A DNA stretch of 44,616 bases. Source: a virus (taxonomy: Duplodnaviria > Caudoviricetes). Under the pieces are notes generated by a model. The model saw only the letters and a list, made by a program, of their open reading frames with translations, did not search any database and was not told the origin of the DNA. Shown here piece by piece: positions 9,598 through 17,374 of the stretch (position 1 is the stretch's first letter; each line of letters starts with the position of its first letter). Location of the stretch: positions 1-44,616 of the IMG/VR virus record IMGVR_UViG_3300043220_000052. One strand, 5' to 3'. The position numbers and the translations under genes were made by a program.

Positions 9598-9956
9598 TGA
9601 AGAGTCTTGTGGCATTGAGCACATGCCCAGATAACCTCAAGCGGCTTAGACCAATCTGGGTGATGCCCGTGAAGAACGCGGCGCTCAACTTCCTTATGAC
9701 ACATTGAGCATTGGGATGGCTTCTCGATACGGCCTTCGTAGACGGCAGTTTTTAGGGTGACGCGAGCCCGCTCTCGCTCAGGATGCTGGGCGATGTTGCG
9801 GTCTATCGCAGCCTGAAACCGCCCTGGGTCTTCCTTGCGCTTCTGTCCATAGTATTCGCGGCCATGTTTGGCATACCACTTGCGGTAGCGTTGCCGGTAC
9901 ACCTCTTTGTGTTGCTGGTAGTAACGCTGGGAATATTCTTTCGATTTCGATTGCAT
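9594..9956 (-). CDS. HNH-like endonuclease (free-standing, antisense in tail module)
   Basis: C..C...HGHHPDWSKPLEVIWAC..CH...H motif after a basic Y/R/K-rich N-terminus. Confidence 0.8.
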   Translation of the reverse strand: MQSKSKEYSQRYYQQHKEVYRQRYRKWYAKHGREYYGQKRKEDPGRFQAAIDRNIAQHPERERARVTLKTAVYEGRIEKPSQCSMCHKEVERRVLHGHHPDWSKPLEVIWACAQCHKTLH

Positions 9957-9997
9957 CGTCCAGTTAAGTTTACCCGCACCGTCCAGTTAAGTCAATA
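9957..9997 (-). promoter_or_regulatory. sigma70-type promoter TTGACT-N17-TAAACT with two 13-bp direct repeats
   Basis: -35 at 9995-9990 and -10 at 9972-9967; CGTCCAGTTAAGT at 9957-9969 and 9980-9992. Confidence 0.7.
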
Positions 9998-10006
9998 GGA
10001 GGCACC

Positions 10007-10183
10007 ATGCCGAAGCCGAAGAAGAAAAAGGATGAGTCGAAGAACCGCGAACCATCTATTCCCGTATCGGCAGTACCTCACCTGTTCAACGAGAAGATGC
10101 TCCAATGGCAGAGCGCTCAGTTCGATGCACTCAAGAGCATCTACGAAAAGCTAGAGGAAATCCTAGCTGAACTGAAGGAGTGA
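10007..10183 (+). CDS. 58-aa hypothetical protein (basic N-terminus, coiled-coil C-terminus)
   Basis: AGGAGG RBS; hand-translated MPKPKKKKDESK...LEEILAELKE. Confidence 0.65.
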   Translation: MPKPKKKKDESKNREPSIPVSAVPHLFNEKMLQWQSAQFDALKSIYEKLEEILAELKE

Positions 10184-10184
10184 T

Positions 10185-11627
10185 ATGGCGTTTCCAGCAG
10201 CACCAACGGAATCCGGCGGGGCAAAACTACACTTCCTGACCACTGACGGTAACGCAGCCGCCGGTTGGTTTGGCGTCACGGAAGGAAGCACAGGAACAGG
10301 GTCGAATACAGTCGGCTTCGCGGCTATCGCTACCCACGTTGAGGGGGATGCCGTCGCTGCTCCTGGTGGCCTGAACACCACAGCTACCGATGTTCCCGTC
10401 GTCTTGGTTGCAGGGGATGACGGCACCAACGCTGTGCCGATTCAGGTAGACGCCAGCGGCGACCTGAAGGTTGTCCTCACGGCTGGAACCGCTGAAATTG
10501 GCAAGCTGGCCGCAGGTACAGCCGCCATCGGTAAATTGGCAGCCAACTCCGGCGTGGACATTGGAGATGTGGACGTTACCTCTCTCATTCCAGGCACGGC
10601 AGCTACCAACCTAGGTAAGGCGGAGGACGTCGCTCATAGCTCCGGCGATGTAGGTGTGATGAGTCTCGCTGTGCGGAAGGCAACCCCTGCCGACCTGAGC
10701 GGCGCGGACGGTGACTACGAGCCTCTCCAGCTTGATAACGGGCGGCTCTGGGCAAGTACCCTCGTCACAGGGGATGCTCTTACGGCTCTCCAGCTTATTG
10801 ACGACCCCGTGGTGATACTGGGAACCGCCACATACACCGAGACCACCACCAGCGGCTCTGTCGTCGGCGTGGTCAGGAACGATACCTTGGCTGCCCTCGC
10901 GGGCACGGACAATGAGATAGCTCCGTTACAGGTGAATGCCAGCGGCGCTCTGTATGCTGTCCTATCAGCAGGCACGGCTGAAATCGGAAAGTTGGCCGCA
11001 GGTACAGCCGCCATCGGTAAGCTGGCGGCTAACTCAGGAGTGGACATCGGGGATGTAGACATCATTGGCGACGCCCTTACCGCCCTCCAGTTAATCGACG
11101 ACCCCGTGGCTGTGTTGGGAACAGCTACCTACTCAGAGACCACAACGTCCGGCATGATCGCGGGCGCAGTACGCAACGATGCATTAGCAACCCTCGCTGG
11201 AACAGACAACGAGATCGCGCCCCTTCAGGTCGATGAGGACGGTGGACTCTGGACACACCCTGCCGCTGCCCCCAAGGGCGGGTGTAAGGGTTTCTATTCC
11301 AACGACCTTGACCAGACTGAGGAGGACATCGCTGCCGCTGCCTGTACCGTTTATGGCTTGTACGCGTGGAATAGTACAGCGGCACCACTCTACCTAAAGA
11401 TTTTCAATACGAACACGGTGACGGTAGGGTCAACGACTGCTGACTTCGACCTTATCGTGCCTGCGAACGCCGACTCAGACGGTGCTGGAATCGTGTTTCC
11501 GATCCCCTCGGTAGGTTGGGCGTTCTCGACTGCCCTAACGATGGCGATGACTACTGGAGTCGGCGCTACAGATAGTGGAGCGCCTGGCGCTAACGCGGGC
11601 GGCGTTCTTGTGCTCTACCAGGACTAG
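10185..11627 (+). CDS. tail fibre/spike-like protein with internal duplicated modules
   Basis: A/G/T/D-rich; AGTAEIGKLAAGTAAIGKLAANSGVDIGDVD twice and GDALTALQLIDDPV...EIAPLQV twice; C-terminal beta-sandwich. Confidence 0.7.
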   Translation: MAFPAAPTESGGAKLHFLTTDGNAAAGWFGVTEGSTGTGSNTVGFAAIATHVEGDAVAAPGGLNTTATDVPVVLVAGDDGTNAVPIQVDASGDLKVVLTAGTAEIGKLAAGTAAIGKLAANSGVDIGDVDVTSLIPGTAATNLGKAEDVAHSSGDVGVMSLAVRKATPADLSGADGDYEPLQLDNGRLWASTLVTGDALTALQLIDDPVVILGTATYTETTTSGSVVGVVRNDTLAALAGTDNEIAPLQVNASGALYAVLSAGTAEIGKLAAGTAAIGKLAANSGVDIGDVDIIGDALTALQLIDDPVAVLGTATYSETTTSGMIAGAVRNDALATLAGTDNEIAPLQVDEDGGLWTHPAAAPKGGCKGFYSNDLDQTEEDIAAAACTVYGLYAWNSTAAPLYLKIFNTNTVTVGSTTADFDLIVPANADSDGAGIVFPIPSVGWAFSTALTMAMTTGVGATDSGAPGANAGGVLVLYQD

Positions 11628-11653
11628 AATGAATCCAGCAAAGGAGAAAACAC

Positions 11654-11809
11654 ATGACAAGCCCTGCGTTGGACGCGTTTAGAATCGAGATAGACAGCCT
11701 CGAGCTTTCTCAGAAAGCCAAGGCCGACCTGATCCGTACCTGGCTTGAGAAAGTCCGTCTCGATAATGCCAACCTAGCCCTCGTGATACATGAAGGTCTG
11801 GAAGCCTAA
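11654..11809 (+). CDS. 51-aa hypothetical protein
   Basis: AAGGAG RBS, TAATG coupling to the next gene. Confidence 0.6.
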   Translation: MTSPALDAFRIEIDSLELSQKAKADLIRTWLEKVRLDNANLALVIHEGLEA

Positions 11810-12999
11810 TGGCTGATACTACGGTCGACACCACCGTCGACCCCAATCTTAATATCCGAGTCCAAGAGTCGGGACCAGTTTGGACTGATGCGAGTACTGG
11901 TTACATTATCTATGAAGACGACGCGTTTGACGTTGTGTATCAGAAGACAGCCAATGGTGGGGCAACTTGGGGATCGCCAGTGACCGTCCATACAGGAACA
12001 GTCGCCAGATTAAGTATCTGGTTCGATAAGTGGACTACCGGGGACGCAGGTACGAAGATTCACATAGCTTATGTAGATGGAGGTTCGGAAGATGTGTTTT
12101 ACCGCGACCTCGATACTAGTGGTGATACCCTTGGAACGGCAAGAACAGTGTTCGCTGGTGTTTCTTTTGTGTTCGGCGGCTGGACATCTGGCACCGTAAG
12201 TATTACAAAATCTCGTGGTGGCTACCTGTATGTAGGGTTCTGGGGGGATGCTGGTGGGGAAAACGGCTTCTTCCGCTCCACTGATGCCGGAGTTAACTGG
12301 ACGAGCCGTGCTGCGCTCGCCGATGATGATTCGGTTGATGCCATCTTACTCAGGCCTAGTAACGAGGCAGACGATCAGGACATCTGGTGTATCTATTGGG
12401 ACAGAAGTGCTGATGAGATCAGCCTTAAAACCTACGACGACTCCGGTAATTCTTGGAGCGAGACGTCCGTTGAAACCAGTATGGCCGACGCTGTTAATTA
12501 CCACACGATGGCCGCTTCGATCCGTCAAAGTGATGGTCACCTTATATTAGCTGCTTGGAGCGAGCTAGATGCAACCACCGCTGACTTGATGGTCTGGGAC
12601 ATCAATGGCAGCGGAAGTATAACGGCCAAGACTGATGTTGTCACTAACCTCGCTGAATCTAGCCAGGTATCGGTGTTCATAAATCAACAGAACGACGACA
12701 TCTACATAGCCTACCTTAAAGGTGGAACCTGGGAGTCTACCGTGGACGTTATGTACAAGAAGTCCACAGATGGTGGTGCTAGCTGGGGGGCGGAGCAAGC
12801 CTATTCAGAGGCGGCCGCCGACGACCTTCGGTTAGTCACTTCAGGCTTGGGTGTCGGGGATGATGGTGGGATATTCCAACCCGTATGGTTCAACGATGAC
12901 CTTGATGACCTGTTTGTTAACCTTGTCAACGATGTGGTTATTTCGGCGGCTGGGGTCACCACACGCCGATACAGCCTCCCAATAACAGGAATAGGATAG
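11809..12999 (+). CDS. BNR/Asp-box (sialidase-like) beta-propeller, probable receptor-binding virion protein
   Basis: Asp-boxes KTANGGATW, RSTDAGVNW, YDDSGNSW and KSTDGGASW. Confidence 0.75.
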   Translation: MADTTVDTTVDPNLNIRVQESGPVWTDASTGYIIYEDDAFDVVYQKTANGGATWGSPVTVHTGTVARLSIWFDKWTTGDAGTKIHIAYVDGGSEDVFYRDLDTSGDTLGTARTVFAGVSFVFGGWTSGTVSITKSRGGYLYVGFWGDAGGENGFFRSTDAGVNWTSRAALADDDSVDAILLRPSNEADDQDIWCIYWDRSADEISLKTYDDSGNSWSETSVETSMADAVNYHTMAASIRQSDGHLILAAWSELDATTADLMVWDINGSGSITAKTDVVTNLAESSQVSVFINQQNDDIYIAYLKGGTWESTVDVMYKKSTDGGASWGAEQAYSEAAADDLRLVTSGLGVGDDGGIFQPVWFNDDLDDLFVNLVNDVVISAAGVTTRRYSLPITGIG

Positions 13000-13067
13000 T
13001 TGAGATGGACGCGGCCAAGCTCAGCATCGACGTGGGCGACTAATTCCAAATCTTCACGTCTAGGGTA

Positions 13068-13096
13068 TTGACTTTTATCGACGGTGCGCCTATGTT
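13068..13096 (+). promoter_or_regulatory. early promoter TTGACT-N17-TATGTT, leaderless start; GCCTA-tgt-TAGGC palindrome over the -10
   Basis: Exact 17-nt spacing; ATG 13103 lies 6 nt after the -10. Confidence 0.7.
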
Positions 13097-13102
13097 AGGC
13101 AC

Positions 13103-13225
13103 ATGGTTACAACGATAAAGGAAATGACCTGCCTCCGGTGCGGCAAGAAATGGTATCCTCGCCAGCCTGCGAAGCCGGTGATGTGCCCCAACTGCCGCTC
13201 ACGGAGATGGGATGAAGCACCATGA
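13103..13225 (+). CDS. 40-aa Zn-ribbon protein (TCLRCGKKWYPRQPAKPVMCPNCRSRRW)
   Basis: First gene after the promoter, ATGA-coupled to the next gene; paralog at 28280-28402. Confidence 0.75.
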   Translation: MVTTIKEMTCLRCGKKWYPRQPAKPVMCPNCRSRRWDEAP

Positions 13226-13512
13226 CACCCGTCCAGCTTGCTCTCACGGGCCTGGAGCTACGCGATCAGGGTATCGCCTCGGTTTCGCGCTATCCGTGGG
13301 TAGACCGGGCGCGTGTGGTGGCTCTACGGCTCTGCATGGAGTGGGGGACGATCACGACAGATGACGTGCATCACATCATGGAGGCCCCACCACACGACAA
13401 CTGCTACGGCGCAATCTTCAAGGGCAAGCGGTTCAAGTCTACCGGCGAGCGTGTCCGTTCCACCCGGCCAGAAGCGCACGGGCGCTGGATAGAAGTATGG
13501 AGGCTGGCATGA
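13222..13512 (+). CDS. hypothetical phage protein, possibly winged-helix DNA binding
   Basis: ITTDDV...NCYGAIF...RSTRPEAHGRWIEVW pattern. Confidence 0.7.
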   Translation: MTPVQLALTGLELRDQGIASVSRYPWVDRARVVALRLCMEWGTITTDDVHHIMEAPPHDNCYGAIFKGKRFKSTGERVRSTRPEAHGRWIEVWRLA

Positions 13513-13703
13513 CGAAAGAAGAGGACAAGCTGACTCAGCGAGCGTGGGAGCTACTCTGCCGTGACCTATCGCAGAGTTGGCGTTTAGAAGACGCCCTGCG
13601 CGAAGGTCGCATGAGGATACTTACGGACAAGGCCAGCATTCTTATACGAGAGCGGCAGTTGAAGATTGGCGATGCCGTTCTAACCAAGCTACGCAAGCCA
13701 TGA
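13509..13703 (+). CDS. hypothetical protein
   Basis: ATGA overlap, GGAGG RBS. Confidence 0.6.
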   Translation: MTKEEDKLTQRAWELLCRDLSQSWRLEDALREGRMRILTDKASILIRERQLKIGDAVLTKLRKP

Positions 13704-13819
13704 CTCACTTTCTCCCGCTGCCGCATCCCCCTTTAGGTGGCTCGTCTCTCTGGACACAAGGAGCGTCCAGGGCGGCGGAAGACGGTGAGCAAAGAGCCCG
13801 CCAGTTAGTCCTGACGGGC
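13704..13819 (+). ncRNA. putative structured intergenic RNA (nested helices plus downstream hairpin)
   Basis: CTCAC/GTGAG, CCGCTGCC/GGCGGCGG, CTGGAC/GTCCAG and GCCCGCCAG/CTGACGGGC pairings in a non-coding gap. Confidence 0.45.
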
Positions 13820-13832
13820 AAGGAGGACAACG

Positions 13833-14093
13833 ATGACAGAACCATCGCAGCCCGATACCGATAGTAGCACACCAGGCCGGATGATCCTGGGCGTTCAATG
13901 CGCCTGTCGAGTCATCCAGTGGAAGGATGGCGACCCCTCCATTGAGCCGTGCCAACTCCACGCGGTTGCCGATGATCTCCTGAAGGCGCTGGCGGAAATT
14001 CGTCTCGTAGCGGAGACTAGGCCCACGGTGGACGGAACGCTCATCGCAATCCAACGGTTGGCCCGCACCGTCATCGAAGAGGCGCAGTCGTGA
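13833..14093 (+). CDS. hypothetical protein (C.C...C.LH..A.DLL.AL family)
   Basis: AAGGAGG RBS. Confidence 0.7.
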   Translation: MTEPSQPDTDSSTPGRMILGVQCACRVIQWKDGDPSIEPCQLHAVADDLLKALAEIRLVAETRPTVDGTLIAIQRLARTVIEEAQS

Positions 14094-14311
14094 CACTAGA
14101 GCTAGCCAGAAAACGCCGTGACCAGGGTGACCTTATTGATGAGTTGGTGGAGGCGCTGGAAATGCTTTGGGACTATCACGGCCAGCGCCTAGATGACGCA
14201 ATCCCCTCCGCCCTCAATGCGGCAGAGTTCTCTAAGAAGTGGCCCCTAACAGACGCGCAGATGGATGCCAAAGTCCGCGCCGTCCTAGAGAAAGCCAAGG
14301 AACGACGGTGA
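14090..14311 (+). CDS. hypothetical protein
   Basis: GTGA coupling; ELVEALE...ARAVLEKAK-type pattern. Confidence 0.65.
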   Translation: MTLELARKRRDQGDLIDELVEALEMLWDYHGQRLDDAIPSALNAAEFSKKWPLTDAQMDAKVRAVLEKAKERR

Positions 14312-14493
14312 GCACGAAGTTGACAGAGGACGAAGAGGCGAAGTTAGCCCGCGTAGAACATGGGTCGATGGGGCACTTGAAGGGCGCGGATCGACAACGA
14401 TACGAGTTTAACCTCCTCTGCTGGCGCTTGGAGTATCAGCACCAGAATGACGGCTGTTGGGCCTGCACCTATGTATCAGGGCAGCGGACATGA
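14308..14493 (+). CDS. hypothetical protein
   Basis: GTGA overlap start. Confidence 0.55.
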   Translation: MSTKLTEDEEAKLARVEHGSMGHLKGADRQRYEFNLLCWRLEYQHQNDGCWACTYVSGQRT

Positions 14494-14660
14494 CTGACGA
14501 ACAACTGCTGCGCGAGGCAAACGAGGCGCTGAAGCTCGCAGATAACTGGCTGCCGCTAGTTCCCGAAAAGCGGCTTGGCAGCCTTTTGAGCCGCACGCAG
14601 GTCATCGTGATCGGGCGCACGGTCACCGCCAAACTCGAAGAGCGCCTACTGAATGAATGA
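14490..14660 (+). CDS. hypothetical protein
   Basis: ATGA overlap start. Confidence 0.55.
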   Translation: MTDEQLLREANEALKLADNWLPLVPEKRLGSLLSRTQVIVIGRTVTAKLEERLLNE

Positions 14661-14731
14661 GTGGATTCCAGCGGACACATCCGATTCGACTAGAGCGTCA
14701 ACCGTGGACGGGAAGAACAAGGAGGAAGCCA

Positions 14732-15256
14732 TTGAGTGAATGGACAGGGGTAGTCGTAGCCAAGAGCGAGAACGGAATCAAGGTTATCGATAAGGGCAAG
14801 TGGCTGAACTGGAGCCTACCGGACTATCGCGGCACACCGTTTGATTCCAACGTCAAGGCGGGGGACAGGGTGCGTATCGAGTATTCCGAGGTTGAGAAGA
14901 ACGGCGAGAAGAGGACGTACATCTCCGTTATCGAGAATCTGAGCCGTCCGCAAGCCGACGCGCCACAGGTGCCAGCCCAGCCGTTCCCGTCTGACGATCC
15001 GCCGTTCCCGCCAGATGATGAAATGCCGTTCCCGCCAGAGTCAAGCAGCTTCCCCCCAGACGCGCCAGGATTGCCGTCAGAGGCCCCTGGGCAGGACTTA
15101 TGGGCAAAGGATAGGTTAAGAGCGCGGACGGACTGTATCGCCTGTGCGACGGGGATATTCAAGTCCTGTTTGGAGGCGGGGATATACAAGGAGTTCCCGT
15201 CACCGGAAACAGTGGTAGATTACGCCGCCACGTTAGAGCTGTGGGCGAAAGAGTGA
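14732..15256 (+). CDS. putative single-stranded DNA-binding protein (OB-fold, Pro-rich linker, helical C-terminus)
   Basis: AGGAGG RBS before TTG 14732; OB-like VKAGDRVRIEY...YISVIE; PFP repeats. Confidence 0.55.
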   Translation: MSEWTGVVVAKSENGIKVIDKGKWLNWSLPDYRGTPFDSNVKAGDRVRIEYSEVEKNGEKRTYISVIENLSRPQADAPQVPAQPFPSDDPPFPPDDEMPFPPESSSFPPDAPGLPSEAPGQDLWAKDRLRARTDCIACATGIFKSCLEAGIYKEFPSPETVVDYAATLELWAKE

Positions 15257-15323
15257 CATCCCCTGAGCGCGGTAGAGAGTACGTTAGGACGGGACATCTT
15301 ACGAAGTGAGAAAGGAGGGCGAT

Positions 15324-15614
15324 ATGCCCAAGACAGAAGAGAAGGCTAACCCACTAGAGGCTATCATCGTGGACAGCAACGAAGCTCTGGTGCGCCGCGT
15401 TCAAGAGGCCGCAGAGGTTGCCGAGACGGCAAGCATGGGGGCCTCGGATAAATACAAAGAGATCGCTAAACGAGCCATCTTCGAGGAAGTCTTTAATGGC
15501 GACCACGAGCTGCTGGTGATGCGAATGCTCCACGAGAAGATGCAGCCGTTGTCTCCGAAGGCGCGCCAGCGTATCGTCAACTGGCTCGTCGATAGGTACG
15601 GTCTCCGGGGATAG
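15324..15614 (+). CDS. hypothetical protein
   Basis: AAGGAGG RBS. Confidence 0.7.
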   Translation: MPKTEEKANPLEAIIVDSNEALVRRVQEAAEVAETASMGASDKYKEIAKRAIFEEVFNGDHELLVMRMLHEKMQPLSPKARQRIVNWLVDRYGLRG

Positions 15615-15617
15615 CCG

Positions 15618-15779
15618 ATGGAAGAGGAAGCTGTGTTCCGGCAAATGTTTGTCGCGCTCGTGGCACTACGCAACCGCCTGCGGAATCAGTCGCCACGCTC
15701 CGCATCTCTTCTCATAGCGCAGGCGGACGAAGCTATTGAGGCCGCGAAACGGACATCGCTCGCGGAAAAAGCGACGTGA
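15618..15779 (+). CDS. 53-aa hypothetical protein
   Basis: Hand-translated helical ORF filling the gap. Confidence 0.5.
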   Translation: MEEEAVFRQMFVALVALRNRLRNQSPRSASLLIAQADEAIEAAKRTSLAEKAT

Positions 15780-15804
15780 CTCGTCACTCCCTCAAGGTGC
15801 TGCC

Positions 15805-16065
15805 GTGAGCGATACACGCCTCACAATCGAGAACGCCGAATACTACCTATTGAATAGGTCTCCTGGCGGCATCACAATCCATGACCCGCGCCAACTCACG
15901 CGGGCTTGTCTAGGCGGAAAGCAAATTAACCCACGGCATTGGTTCCGTGTTCCGCGTTCGTCTGTCAATGGTGAAAGTGAAGACGCATATCTCTACGGTT
16001 GTGGATTCTGTTGTCGCGGGCATGAAATGCTTTACTGGAACGGTGAGTTGATGCCCGATGGCTAG
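15805..16065 (+). CDS. hypothetical protein (H...C...C..C)
   Basis: GTG start 15805; overlaps the next gene. Confidence 0.55.
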   Translation: MSDTRLTIENAEYYLLNRSPGGITIHDPRQLTRACLGGKQINPRHWFRVPRSSVNGESEDAYLYGCGFCCRGHEMLYWNGELMPDG

Positions 16066-17374
16066 CGTCACCCGAACCCCCGCCTGCACCGTCAAGGGCT
16101 GCCCGGCGCCGCGTGATCCTGACTGGCACGTCCCCATCTGTGGCCACGGACTAGAGGGCCATCACCACCACGTCATCAAACGCTCTCAGGGCGGCAAGGA
16201 CGGGCCGCAGGTGTTCATCTGCCCCGACTGTCATCACAACATAGACAACGGCGAGTGGGGCAACGCAGCGAAACACGTCCCTGGTCGGGGGTTAGTCTAC
16301 TTCGCCTGGGACTTGCACGGGAACACGCTGATAGAGAAGGAGGTGATGCCCAATGCCGGACGAACACCCCATAACATTGACCAGCGGGAGGTAGGGCGGG
16401 AGTCTGGTCTAGTTCTGAGTGACGGTGCTGAGGCGGGAGGACGGACTCCCGATAGCATTGCTACAATTCATTCCGTTTACAACGAGGCGGATTCTTCGGC
16501 ACCGTCACCCAGCGCTGGAGTCCTGAGTGATGGTGCTGAGGGGGGCACGGCGGGCAGTACTGCTGAGCATTCGACCGCAAAGGGGCAGGGTAATGCGCCT
16601 GCTAGCCAGCAGCGACAAGGGAAAGGTTACGTGACGCACAATATCCTCGCGGACTTGCAGTACGTTCATGGGCAAGGCCGAGAAGACGAGGAGACCCCTT
16701 CGGCACCGTCACTGAGCACTAAGGAGGAAAGCGATGGAGAACATGATCTTTCCGAAGCCGAAGGCGAAACTGCCGCCGTGCTCAACGGAAAAGCGCCACA
16801 AGTGGGGCAGCACAATGGAGGCGACGAACGAGAACTACGGGGAGGAGACGACGGTGGTGTCGCGCTTGTGCAGAAGATGCCTCCTAATCCAGATTCATTA
16901 CGTGGTGGTGAGCTAACCCACGAGCAGCGCGTCGCCATCGCGCAGGAAATCCACGATACAGAGTGGAATCGTCAGTGGTTCGCCGGAGACACGGGCAATC
17001 TGTGGATAGAGCAGCTAGGCGAGAGCGCGGAGCAGTATCTGAGCGACTTCGGTTACGTCCACGAATCGTTAGCGAACATCCTGAGAGTCTGCGCGGCGAT
17101 ACCGCCAGCATATCGAAATGGGAATCTTCGGTTTTCCCATCACGTGGTCGTCTACGACGAGAACCTTGAGGACATGGAGATGCACCTGGCTGAGTGCGAA
17201 GAGAAACAGTGGAGCGTGGCCGAGTTTCGCCGTCAGCGGAAGGGGACGAAGAAGAAGGTGAAGCGGTGGAGCCGCGAGGAGCTAGTGGCCGAAGTAGGGC
17301 AGTTTCTAACCGGGCGGGACGTCTACACGGAAGCTCTCGACTCTTTCCTTGACTGGCTGGGGGAGCAAGCATGA
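16058..17374 (+). CDS. HNH endonuclease-like N-terminus, long overprinted linker, LmbU-like C-terminal domain
   Basis: HHHVIKRSQGG...ICPDCHHNID (HNH); QWFAGD...SLAN..RV...R..NLRFSHH...WSV.EFR resembles the LmbU family. Confidence 0.7.
   Translation: MASVTRTPACTVKGCPAPRDPDWHVPICGHGLEGHHHHVIKRSQGGKDGPQVFICPDCHHNIDNGEWGNAAKHVPGRGLVYFAWDLHGNTLIEKEVMPNAGRTPHNIDQREVGRESGLVLSDGAEAGGRTPDSIATIHSVYNEADSSAPSPSAGVLSDGAEGGTAGSTAEHSTAKGQGNAPASQQRQGKGYVTHNILADLQYVHGQGREDEETPSAPSLSTKEESDGEHDLSEAEGETAAVLNGKAPQVGQHNGGDERELRGGDDGGVALVQKMPPNPDSLRGGELTHEQRVAIAQEIHDTEWNRQWFAGDTGNLWIEQLGESAEQYLSDFGYVHESLANILRVCAAIPPAYRNGNLRFSHHVVVYDENLEDMEMHLAECEEKQWSVAEFRRQRKGTKKKVKRWSREELVAEVGQFLTGRDVYTEALDSFLDWLGEQA
16353..16394 (+). 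CDS. 13-aa peptide MPDEHPITLTSGR nested in an alternative frame
   Basis: Preceded by the full-length SD AAGGAGGTGAT (16337-16347). Confidence 0.35.
   Translation: MPDEHPITLTSGR
16411..16516 (+). ncRNA. structured RNA cassette 1 (23-bp closing helix around three hairpins)
   Basis: 16411-16433 pairs with 16494-16516 (21/23 pairs including 3 G-U); internal CGGGAG/CTCCCG, TAGC/GCTA and TCCGTTT/AGGCGGA hairpins. Confidence 0.6.
16519..16720 (+). ncRNA. structured RNA cassette 2 (same closing helix, ~150-nt nested cargo)
   Basis: 16519-16544 pairs with 16695-16720 (24/26); internal CGGC/GCCG, GTACTGC/GCAGTAC, CCGC/GCGG and GCAGG/CCTGC helices. Confidence 0.6.
16734..16916 (+). CDS. 60-aa C-H-W/CxxC micro-protein nested inside 16058-17374
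   Basis: TAAGGAGG RBS; C...HKW...CRRC Zn-type pattern seen in other micro-ORFs of this genome. Confidence 0.6.
   Translation: MENMIFPKPKAKLPPCSTEKRHKWGSTMEATNENYGEETTVVSRLCRRCLLIQIHYVVVS

Noticed and set aside
10185-12999. Diversity-generating retroelement acting on fibre genes
   Set aside because: No reverse transcriptase, and the repeat differences are synonymous rather than adenine-specific.
16469-16476. Cassette-1 CATTCCGT complementary to the attenuator loop ACGGAATG (19053-19060)
   Set aside because: An 8-nt match is expected by chance in 44 kb; not evidence on its own.
16411-16720. CRISPR mini-array, tRNAs or hammerhead ribozymes
   Set aside because: The repeats alternate as complementary left and right arms with 60- and 150-nt inserts, and there are no cas genes. 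No T-loop or anticodon geometry. CTGAGTGA does not fit the CUGANGA core and is base-paired.
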